Source of the DNA: Candidatus Omnitrophota bacterium
Lineage (GTDB): Bacteria; Omnitrophota; Omnitrophia; Omnitrophales; JACQLI01
Assembly: GCA_016179745.1 (NCBI GenBank)
Contig: JACPCP010000015.1
Span: 45,608-109,607, forward strand
Direction: 5' to 3'
DNA: 64,000 nucleotides
Part shown: positions 58,201-63,723 of the stretch, in pieces
How the letters are laid out: each line of letters starts with the position of its first letter
Numbering within the stretch: position 1 is the first letter of the stretch
Notes under the pieces: generated by a model
Told to the model about the DNA's origin: nothing
Seen by the model: only the letters and a program-made list of their open reading frames with translations
Database searches by the model: none
Position numbers and translations under genes: made by a program

Positions 58201-61194
58201 GGCGCCTTGGATCAGATCCGGGGAGCGCTTCACCAGATCGAGAGCGCCCTTTCCGAACTCGACCGTAAGTATGCAGAAGCGATTGAATCCCTCTCCCAAA
58301 AAGCCGCAGAGGTTGCGAGCCAGATTGAGTCCGAGACTGGGCGGGCGCTCCAAAAGCTTGAAAAAACAAGGGCGGATTATCTGGCCGAAATCTTAAGGCA
58401 GGAGATCGCTCCGGTCCTGCATGACCTTTACCGGAATGCCCTGGGCCGTGACCCGGGCGAAGAAGAGACCCGCGAAGCCATCCGTGAAAAGGAGACCGGA
58501 ACCTTTGATTCCCACACCCTCCGGGCGAAACTCCTTAGAAGCGCGGAATACCAAGCCCGTCTTGACGAGGTGAATCGGATTCGAGAGGGAGTCCGAGAAA
58601 CACTCGCGCTCTACCTCGCGGGCCGTTATTCTGCGACGGACGAGCTTGGTCTCACTGAGAAGGAAGTGGTTTCACTCACTTCCGAGGAAGCTGACCAAAT
58701 TCTTCAGTGGCTGGATGGCCACGATCTTCATTTTGGACATTCGGCCTTTCTAGCGATGGAGAGTCTGCTCCGGGATGAGGGGAGAAATGTCTCCCTTCGG
58801 GAACTCGCTGCCCGGGCGATTTTAATCGACATCTTTTCCGGTGTGATCGGTCCTTTTGAGGAAGGGGAGCTTAAACTGAGCCTCTTTGCCTTGGAACGGA
58901 CCGCCCGATTTTACGGGGTAACGTTCTATCCCGCTGAAGTCAGTTATGAGGAACTGAGACAAATGGTTCTGGGCGGCAAGAAAGTAATGGTCCATCTGAA
59001 AGGGGATCACTACACGGTGATTACCGGCTTTGAGACGGTCTCGGAAACCCAAGTTCTTTGTCAGGACGGCCGGCCGGTCGAGATTCAGGTTCCGGTGGAA
59101 AAGGTGAAGACCCTGGAGCGGAATAAGGGGGCGGCGGGAGAAGAAGTGGTGCTCACGAAGGAGCAATTCCTCGATGCCTGGCTTCAGGGTGAAGGAGAAA
59201 AGGGATTTGTCCTCTCGGCCGTCGCGGCCGATCCCCGAGGGACCGGGACGGTTCTGACCCAGGAAAAGGCCCAATCCGTCCGGGGCGCCTTCTTTTTCTT
59301 TATTCCTTTTATCATCTCAGTCCTTGTTTCGGTCATTCAGGCGGTGATTGCGGTGGTGATTGCTGTGGTGGCCGCTGTGGTGGCTGCCGTGAGTGCCGTG
59401 ATCTCAGCCGTGGTCGGGGCCATCTCCAATTTGGTGACGACTCTGGGGCGGGGCCTGAGCTATTTGGCCCGGGGTTTCCAAGCGGTGGGGAAATTCCTTT
59501 TCGAAGGGGTTCGGGACGTAGGGAAACTTCTCTTAAAGGGCCTCCAGTTTGTCGGCTCCAGGCTTTACCAGGGATTTCAGGCGGTGGGCCATTTCCTGAA
59601 AGAAGCAGCTCTCAACTTGGGAGGAAAGCTCTGGCAGGGGATGGAGAAGATCGCTACGAAGCTCGCCCAGGGATTCACCAAGCTCTTCTCAAAGCAGGAC
59701 CTGACCAAACTTTTTTCAGTCAAGGGCGGGGCCACCAGCTTCAAGACAAGCCTCCTTAAGAATGCCCTGGGCTACGGCCTTAATTTCTCCCTTTCCAAGG
59801 GATTGGATTCGTTAGGGATTGATTTCCCAGGTCTCAATCTTCTTACCTCCTTTGTGACCGGAGGGATTGCCGGATTAACCGACAATGCCTCTTCCACGAG
59901 CTTCTTTACAAGTGCCCTCAAGAAGCTCACCCTCACGGGTCTTTCCACCCTGGCTCTCCACCTCGATCTCCCGCCTCCCATCGCCAACGCGATTTCTCTT
60001 GTTGGTGCCACCCTCGTAGGTGCCACGCTTGACCCTTCCGTTACTGTCCCCGAAGCCCTGAAAGACCTTGCCCCCACCCTTACCCGTGACTTGACCTTCC
60101 AGGGAATTCTTTCTGTCGGAGAAGCCATTGGTCTTGATCCCCGCTTATCAGCATTGATCGGCATTCCGATTAGGGCAACTGTTGGCAGTATCACAGGGAA
60201 TGCCTTGGGGGTGAAGGGGTACGAGGACCTCTTCGGAGAAATTACGAGTCAAACTATCGGTGGCCTTGTTTCTGTCGGCTCAAGCATTGGTTTGAATGCT
60301 GTTGGTGCCTCGCCCATTCTCCAAAGCTTCCTTCCAAGTTTCTTGGGTAACTTTGTTGCGGGTTTTGGTGGTACACCCGGTGGGTCTGATGCTATCCAAC
60401 GAGAAGGCGAAAACATCTTTAAGAAAATTACAGATGGCATTATTAAGTTTGGAAAGGGCCTTGCCTCCGCAGTCGGAAATGTCACATCCTTCGGCACAAA
60501 GGTTATTGAAGGTGGAGTTAACCTAGTGAAGCAGGGATTCGCTAAGGCGGTGGATTTCTTCAGCGGCGTATTTGACCGGCGGACGCAAGAAGCTTTGATC
60601 CAGGCTGGGGGCGGTAACATCGAGCAGGCCATCCTCAATAATGCAACGATTGTTAATGGAACCGCCAGAGCGTCCATCGATGGCGTTGAAATCGTTTGGG
60701 ATTCTGCGTTAGATAAGCTGACCTATACTGGTCCGGCGGGTGTAAGCGCGGCATTTTCCAAATTGGTTATGGACACAACTGGGAATTTCGGGATGGGGGA
60801 TTTTGCCTATGCTGAAACTACGCAAAACAGTGCAGTCATCAACTTAACTTCTAAAAAGTCTTACATTGAAGCTTCGGTTACGATGGACGATAAGCGCATT
60901 GTGGTTGAGTCCTTGGGCGGACGAGACCTTGTGAGCCGAACGTTGGGTCCATTTGTAAGGCCTACAGTTGTATTTGAGAGCACAGCGGCAGAGAATAATT
61001 ATCAAATTAAAGTAGATATGGAAAAAGGTGGTTTGACAGAAGTAAAAGCACCTTGGGAATATGTGACAGCAATTAAAGATTTCTTCACGCAGGGGGCTTT
61101 TAAGAGTATCGTTCAAGAGTATTTGAAAGACCAAATCGAGGATTTATTAACACCAATTTTTGAAAAGTTAGACGAAATTTTGAGAAGAAAATGA
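49297..61194 (+). CDS. Giant secreted/membrane-anchored multidomain protein (~3,965 aa)
   Basis: Single uninterrupted 11.9-kb ORF. The ATG at 49297 gives a signal peptide (KPRRSQK, then LTTWAVLITFSTLQIAWA|QG). Domain order:
- YD/MORN-like hairpin repeats (about 49640-50130, 52560-54400, 56150-57700)
- seven Ig-like repeats
- three CBM-like modules
- a coiled coil (about 57960-58400)
- a DUF4214-like motif (LYRNALGRDPGEEE)
- a C39/papain-like domain
- a TM hairpin
- 11-mer repeats
- a Gly/Leu/Ser-rich tail. Confidence 0.85.
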   Translation: MEVKPRRSQKGFYFRLTTWAVLITFSTLQIAWAQGPEALKPAETIRQAPIDPKSISQEDWKSSSQTAKPVDQKTSTDYLMDDFPLTRADKQETEGEAAEKRALTRQTIQWEKPRITYYSNGRKKSWQRRGTENGKLKRRELKTYDPQGKITRDLDETYHPNGRVAISDDRRYLAGVLDKRTYKTFNTQGRLTRTLFRDYDPHEKLRILDDTSYTNGHKTGRHRNEYDSSGIRLSYLRETFFSGESLKTSDSYRYSSGRLTQRTYQERDASGNQIVSQSRDYTAPLYTNLRDFVFEYAVDGSPYTESFSFTAEGSTRFQTTKAGYLGAEVKLDIEIIFDETPPGAGSVALSGNAVYSRSASVSLTLEVDDNWTTDANIQMAFSQNGGQTFGAFEAFNTQKTLALEGSDGTKEVIVRFKDEAGNTLDATDTIHLDRAIPTGSININSGSSYTTSTAVTLNLAAQDSGSGIDKMSFSQDNTAWTAPEAYNATKNFTLPSGDGTKTLRVKFYDKAGNESQVYSKSITLDSTLPDGSITINNSNLYTSSPTVTLALSANDPTSGVADMRFSNNFGFQWSDWEPFGTRKDWTLSSTNGERWVAYEVRDWAGNIARLYDSIILDTLAPTGSLNINSGAVYTGTPTVTLNLSAQDSGSGIDKVSFSQDNTTWTAPEVYNSTKTFTLPSGDGNKTVYLKYYDKAGNVSAVYSKSIILDTLPPSGTVRVKNSVQFVNQRFIDLEFSASDAGSGLDWVRVSNDNSTLTEIPYTTLVPGWALLEPDGVKTIYVQFKDKFGRWSSLVTTTVTLDRVKPGVSAAISSGKTYSNSSPVIVNLLATDDRSAGTKLQMRFAVDGTAEGSFNAWESLGSQKSIKLPEVDGSHTVFAEVRDEAGNINQASVSITLDRTAPTGGVKINNGADRTGLRKVTLTLDAQDASTQVEKMRISEDGGASWTPWQDFSNQIDWTFGGLEGTREIRVEVGDSAGNTATFSDTIELNTSIPQIAFTSPSSTGDSLYTLRYKVDGVERSETWRLAPGANPLLVRVSEDGRPPAFAKFTVTLNQSEPARPLMPNAPTLAEDLISVTTEGGLVLKYDNSVLVAMEKPGEYQLYLPEVDGSGNLTGGLVRFSEGGEIYYGDGKVVWRKDPQQNTYYYNPDGSVREVAGPEGQRSVFSYRLDSENGKVMETLVSSSKDTSLYDATGRLLLTLKINGDVVHYDGGILDSVERKGTGEVLHYGRTDDPKTGEVTVSVTGSATPFQEYPSRVRYDREGQILEVVEPDGTQINFKDGLPTEKIEFIEGEVRKTSYQYKTNPLEDLIGLQISGTQLKRSFDAQGRLGALETDGVELKISGNLVESLTLLEGSEGGFPSGTTVRYEERNSLKRALVSYPEPDARKLTYEVEEGGDRYTLREIQLPDGTIQRFRPNGSLGSLETSDGRIYEYEAAPGGGRSFLKEWRLADGRRLYFKKKNPDAPLQLFLVEFPDGRRIENITFDPEGRLNQADERVPERGAVSSHVDHYESGRLVKRSFPDTSELLFNEDGIFYSYRDPRGETYQVREEKGPQNETTGFRFEGSRETVVYSREGVLTRYLSNGVSFEFDREGKVAWAKTVFGEIQNPLWNEAQELISGRVSLADGSRYFLEGGKIARILRSDGLEITYTGDRAARLVKEDTTLLLEYITENTGLLKGAFVRYETEGGLTSDGLINFLIRPERAGEAGEVFDAPLENLLTSGKSRTSVAAVHRVPLALGVVERGSASNGGWWFEVIFDSAEVSEGLTPTLSLAPNPFLNHMNLGYQISESASEPLNDLINFGIAGNFVLNGGRVPLGAASIGSRKGFPLNYDVSPPGSSVGFYVSYDADWIEGIETRDFSGLGEVVLKTKGELGTVLTLELTDRENRRSRIFLRGIDNSERFFNLDFSLFQGVDITHIKSVSYILEGDRQLVKTGTLDIQWGSPFVALSPQPELDSTSGVELPQFQWLHVVPQKYPAYPQGVSDKFVTTRSSDSEMEFHFEGASDYYTASAVFDYDLANTKDVVEYKDLSAFAGLLLGSERAVEGINFFSIQDAHGNRARVRLFGNAGTPNFYFLDLDKMGIDLRRVRSLAFVYNDPKVEDGRVWLRGIPREGPVPFPAVNPDTDELAILADETVTVAVNPGELVRSDYLSVSIRPPPGVVDSKAVLTLGEAVYRTETLSDDWSHLVIPLAKFSGAQADSLQISFEGSTREGSYLIDNLVLMRFQDNSASTLLPKLRVTAESLSQGERTHLPDLAKLSASFVSEFSGRNETPARIHSELGALTSVVTDIFYDSNGQIKEVKTGDGKTLVMAEEGLQQALFSQGVTVDYGSGPGNEPQSLTVAGPGGNQAPLSASYQYGRIREVRRSDGSRLQYGYEFIDGAEITVVKTPLGTEPETYEIKRYHRDPGNPYQIGQLLSVEEPTGLLTVYEYGAGSGGPEAPLKLSRTYYKGRLRSEFSYEYREGRTFVTDQEGTVTEYDSDGRLRSHTTPDGFRYEHLFEDENFRVIDGRSYLNGKLIRLETEGFTIEEAVTDSEGFLTEALLLYQDGHRTFFVKGAPYLTTRDVGEATFFDPAKDGENPGFQNEMSNFRLAQTLWKGAPKSPAAEILPEKVEVVRLVSRESDEISAEYREGRLEDLRFKEDGMEVTGLSYDRDGELDGARIKLDDGTGFLFQEGLHVIRSRSNEVVERLTPWDPPLAYRNESERWERLKMQSATFVRSPDETGRSKKTDLGMALYDETGRILEIHLRAEGVILRDFEFNDRGKLVRAKVFSGGEETTEYREGLSLSYQGGDGRPGKVFSLFDEGNFHYESARSRWKVWKEKISEYLLDPAFVFETELDSEGMILTLTKANQSVSVYEKGKVDQVFDQEGRLLITNRYDPLEGMLISITMVDARRRLEEDTFEARRDLRRQKVLALEKLARDTDLATQALRDQFEGPRKILLAQRANVESLLANLEATKVRGKQGKREKSGALDQIRGALHQIESALSELDRKYAEAIESLSQKAAEVASQIESETGRALQKLEKTRADYLAEILRQEIAPVLHDLYRNALGRDPGEEETREAIREKETGTFDSHTLRAKLLRSAEYQARLDEVNRIREGVRETLALYLAGRYSATDELGLTEKEVVSLTSEEADQILQWLDGHDLHFGHSAFLAMESLLRDEGRNVSLRELAARAILIDIFSGVIGPFEEGELKLSLFALERTARFYGVTFYPAEVSYEELRQMVLGGKKVMVHLKGDHYTVITGFETVSETQVLCQDGRPVEIQVPVEKVKTLERNKGAAGEEVVLTKEQFLDAWLQGEGEKGFVLSAVAADPRGTGTVLTQEKAQSVRGAFFFFIPFIISVLVSVIQAVIAVVIAVVAAVVAAVSAVISAVVGAISNLVTTLGRGLSYLARGFQAVGKFLFEGVRDVGKLLLKGLQFVGSRLYQGFQAVGHFLKEAALNLGGKLWQGMEKIATKLAQGFTKLFSKQDLTKLFSVKGGATSFKTSLLKNALGYGLNFSLSKGLDSLGIDFPGLNLLTSFVTGGIAGLTDNASSTSFFTSALKKLTLTGLSTLALHLDLPPPIANAISLVGATLVGATLDPSVTVPEALKDLAPTLTRDLTFQGILSVGEAIGLDPRLSALIGIPIRATVGSITGNALGVKGYEDLFGEITSQTIGGLVSVGSSIGLNAVGASPILQSFLPSFLGNFVAGFGGTPGGSDAIQREGENIFKKITDGIIKFGKGLASAVGNVTSFGTKVIEGGVNLVKQGFAKAVDFFSGVFDRRTQEALIQAGGGNIEQAILNNATIVNGTARASIDGVEIVWDSALDKLTYTGPAGVSAAFSKLVMDTTGNFGMGDFAYAETTQNSAVINLTSKKSYIEASVTMDDKRIVVESLGGRDLVSRTLGPFVRPTVVFESTAAENNYQIKVDMEKGGLTEVKAPWEYVTAIKDFFTQGAFKSIVQEYLKDQIEDLLTPIFEKLDEILRRK
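50311..52263 (+). repeat. Seven tandem ~92-aa Ig-like domain repeats within the giant ORF
   Basis: Recurring pattern P(T/D/S)G.I.IN.G..YT....V.L.L.A.D..SG...M.FS......W...E.....K.W.L....G.K.V.V...D.AGN. Units 2 (50599-50874) and 4 (51151-51426) are about 75% identical at the aa level. Confidence 0.8.
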
Positions 61195-61736
61195 AAAAGA
61201 TTTTCAGTTTTCTTGCTATTGTATTTCTCCTTGTCATTACAGCTGTATTTGTATTTTCTGATTATCTCTCTGGTAATTTCACAAGTTATAAGATCCCTCT
61301 TGATTCTATGGCACCAACGATAAGCACCAACGACTTAATAGCAGTTGCTACTGGAGCATATGAAAAGACCCTACCAATGAGAGGTGATATTATCGTTTTT
61401 ATAACACCGTTTGATGAAAAAAAGAAATTCGCTAAAAGAATAGTTGGTTTGCCCGGTGATAAAGTTGAGATTAAAGAAGGTAAGGTTTACGTAAATGGGA
61501 AACGAATTCAATCTGATAGATTTCCAGATAATCGATATTATTTAACTCATGGAGATTGGGACTATGGGAATGAAGGCCAAATCATAGATGTGCCGGACAA
61601 TATGTATTATGTGTTGGGCGATAAGAGTGCGCATTCCAGTGATAGCAGGCAATGGGGATTTGTTCCCGCTAAAAACGTAATTGGTAAAGCAACAGTTGTT
61701 TATTGGCCGCCTTGGCGATGGAAATTTATAAAATAA
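61191..61736 (+). CDS. lepB: Type I signal peptidase (S26 family, short Gram-positive-like form)
   Basis: N-terminal TM, SMAPTI (Ser nucleophile box), GDIIVF, KRIVGLPGD (Lys box) and GDKSAHSSDSRQWGFV. ATGA overlap with the giant ORF stop. Confidence 0.88.
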   Translation: MKKIFSFLAIVFLLVITAVFVFSDYLSGNFTSYKIPLDSMAPTISTNDLIAVATGAYEKTLPMRGDIIVFITPFDEKKKFAKRIVGLPGDKVEIKEGKVYVNGKRIQSDRFPDNRYYLTHGDWDYGNEGQIIDVPDNMYYVLGDKSAHSSDSRQWGFVPAKNVIGKATVVYWPPWRWKFIK

Positions 61737-61759
61737 CGTCAAAAGTCGGAAAAAGAAAA

Positions 61760-61784
61760 AATGGCGTCACTTCCAAACGCCATT
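61760..61784 (-). terminator. Hairpin terminator oriented for the minus-strand small ORF
   Basis: AATGGCGT-9 nt-ACGCCATT. On the minus strand it is followed by TTTTTTCTTTTT. Confidence 0.55.
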
Positions 61785-62034
61785 ACGGGTACCACATTAC
61801 CGCCTCTCCAATGATCCGGGTCTTGTAAGGGTGAGCGAGTTTGACTTCCACTTCCCATCTTTGAAGTAAACCCACGATCCGATACCCGCTGCAGATCACC
61901 TCCAGAGTGGCTTTAATTTTCCCTTCCCAGTGCTTGAGGTAAAGCGTAAAATGCCCCGGCTCGCTGGAAAGGTTCCATTGCTTCCACGCTTGACCCGTTT
62001 CATCTAGGAATATCCCTGCGAGAAAGATCAACAA
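61783..62034 (-). CDS. Hypothetical small protein (~83 aa)
   Basis: This is the C-terminal part of ORF 61783-62223. I chose the TTG at 62034 because the upstream part would overlap dapF antisense. It has its own terminator. No family was recognised. Confidence 0.3.
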   Translation of the reverse strand: MLIFLAGIFLDETGQAWKQWNLSSEPGHFTLYLKHWEGKIKATLEVICSGYRIVGLLQRWEVEVKLAHPYKTRIIGEAVMWYP

Positions 62035-62444
62035 TGAAAGAAATTTCCTTTTATAAAATGGCGGCGTCGGGGAACGATTTTGTGGTGATCGACAACCGTG
62101 CCCGGAAAGTTTCAAATTTGCCGGCCCTGACCCGGGCCGTTTGCGACCGGCACCGGGGCGTGGGGGCTGACGGGGTCCTCTTGCTCGAACCCTTAGCGAA
62201 GGAAAAAGGGGACGGCCCCCCAAAAAGGGGACAGTCCCCTTTTTCTTCGAAGAAGGCCGATTTCCGGGTCCGGATTTTTAATTCGGACGGTTCGGAAGCG
62301 GAAGCCTGCGGCAACGGATTTCGCTGTGCGGCCTTGTTTGCGAAGGAAAAATTGGGGCTTCCCAACCGGCAGCAATTTGAGTCTCTCTCCGGAATGATTC
62401 ATAGTAAAAACGGTAGCATTTCCAAAAGTGCCGGGTTGAGGTAA
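62034..62444 (+). pseudogene. dapF: Diaminopimelate epimerase, 5' ~45% only. It is truncated at a RAYT element and carries an in-frame palindromic-element insertion.
   Basis: SGNDFVVID, RHRGVGADGVLLLEP and DFRVRIFNSDGSEAEACGNG (first catalytic Cys). Homology ends at about FESLSGMIH. The frame then runs into the left inverted repeat and stops. Confidence 0.8.
62203..62244 (+). repeat. Palindromic element copy inside dapF (AAAAAGGGGACGGCCCCCC, then the perfect palindrome AAAAAGGGGAC-A-GTCCCCTTTTT)
   Basis: Read directly. It translates in frame as EKGDGPPKRGQSPFS. Confidence 0.85.
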
Positions 62445-63179
62445 AATCTCCCCGTAGTTTTTTAACTCTCAATCTCACAGGGTTGTGGCGGACACGTAAA
62501 AATCAGGCACAGCCGATTCACCCTCCTTTGAAATATAAAAAGGAGGACCCCATGCCCCGCAAACCAAGGGAACTTGTCAATGAAGGAATCTACCACCTCT
62601 TCAACCGTGGTAATGACCGAAGGAACCTTTTTCAGGAGGCCCCGGATTTTCACCATTTTCTCAGCCTGCTTTTGCAAGCGGCAAAGAAATACCCTTCGGA
62701 GATCTTCCATTACTGTCTGATGACCAACCACTTTCACCTCCTGGTCCGGATTGCCCGGGGAGAAGATCTGCCTCCCTTCATGCATCTGGTCCAGCTCGGC
62801 TATGCCCGTTACTTCAAGAAGAAATACGGCTTCGTCGGTCATGTCTTCCAGGAAAGATTCCGCAGCCCACGTATCCCCGAAGAAAGCTACTACCTCCAGT
62901 GCGGCCGTTACATTGAGAGAAACCCCGTCTCAGCCCGCCTGGTCAAGGATCCCTGGGACTACCCCTATTCCAGCGCCCCTTTTTATGCCTCCGGAGAAAC
63001 CGATCCTTTAGTTACCCCGAATCTTTATTACGAGGGGATGGCGACCGACAGTGAAGAGCGGAGGCGGCGCTATCGGGAATTTCTCTCAGCCGAGGAGCCT
63101 TACGCCGGGATGATTGACAAGGCACTGGTTAAGGTCTGAACGTGGAAACTGTTGAACCCGGCACTTTTGGAAATGCTAC
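62413..63179 (+). mobile_element. RAYT/IS200-like unit: a Y1 transposase gene bracketed by perfect 25-bp inverted repeats (REP-like)
   Basis: The left repeat GTAGCATTTCCAAAAGTGCCGGGTT (62413-62437) is the exact reverse complement of 63155-63179. Each 25-mer can itself form a 6-bp hairpin. Confidence 0.8.
62552..63139 (+). CDS. REP-associated tyrosine transposase (Y1 HUH, IS200/IS605 TnpA-like)
   Basis: AGGAGG RBS 5 nt before the ATG at 62552. YHLFNRGNDRRNLF, CLMTNHFHLLV (the HUH motif is HFH), and GYARYFKKKYGFVGHVFQERFRS. Confidence 0.85.
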   Translation: MPRKPRELVNEGIYHLFNRGNDRRNLFQEAPDFHHFLSLLLQAAKKYPSEIFHYCLMTNHFHLLVRIARGEDLPPFMHLVQLGYARYFKKKYGFVGHVFQERFRSPRIPEESYYLQCGRYIERNPVSARLVKDPWDYPYSSAPFYASGETDPLVTPNLYYEGMATDSEERRRRYREFLSAEEPYAGMIDKALVKV

Positions 63180-63193
63180 GCTAAATCTAGGCG

Positions 63194-63373
63194 TTGAAAA
63201 ACAAGCCAACACAAATATCTGATTTTATTCCTCCTGAAGATAAGCTGTTGAGTGTTCGCCGTTCCACGGTCAATCCTGTTTCACCAAACGATCCGGAAGT
63301 TAATCAGTATGAACTTCTGACGGAGGGAGAGGAATTGTTAGAAGCGTGGTTCAAAAACAGGAGAAATCTATGA
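63194..63373 (+). CDS. Hypothetical 59-aa protein (low-GC)
   Basis: TTG start, below the ORF-track cutoff. Reads MKNKPTQISDFIPPEDKLLSVRRSTVNPVSPNDPEVNQYELLTEGEELLEAWFKNRRNL. Its stop overlaps the next ATG (ATGA). Confidence 0.3.
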   Translation: MKNKPTQISDFIPPEDKLLSVRRSTVNPVSPNDPEVNQYELLTEGEELLEAWFKNRRNL

Positions 63374-63723
63374 TTAAGGATGTGAAGAACGAAGAAGACT
63401 TAGTAATTATTATCTCGGAAAAGGGACAAGCTTCTTTGCGACTCGGCGTAAAGGTTGCAGAGATTTTGAAATTTGAAGATTCGATAATCGTCAGAACGGC
63501 CGCTATCAGCAAGGAGAGGGCCCGCAACATCCACCGATACTCAGAAGACGGCACCAAAATCTGGACGGTGGAGGAGCCGGAAGGTGTCAAAGATCAGGCG
63601 AATGCTTTTACGGGATTAAGGCTGAATGAGAAAGACGGAATCATCGGATACACATGGGTGGGAACGAAGCATAGAATTGATTTTGCTACCGGCAAACTCC
63701 TCAGCAGCGAATTCACCAAATGA
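63370..63723 (+). CDS. Hypothetical 117-aa protein (low-GC)
   Basis: I preferred the ATG at 63370 (MIKDVKNEEDL...) over the GTG at 63346. No family was recognised. Confidence 0.45.
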   Translation: MIKDVKNEEDLVIIISEKGQASLRLGVKVAEILKFEDSIIVRTAAISKERARNIHRYSEDGTKIWTVEEPEGVKDQANAFTGLRLNEKDGIIGYTWVGTKHRIDFATGKLLSSEFTK

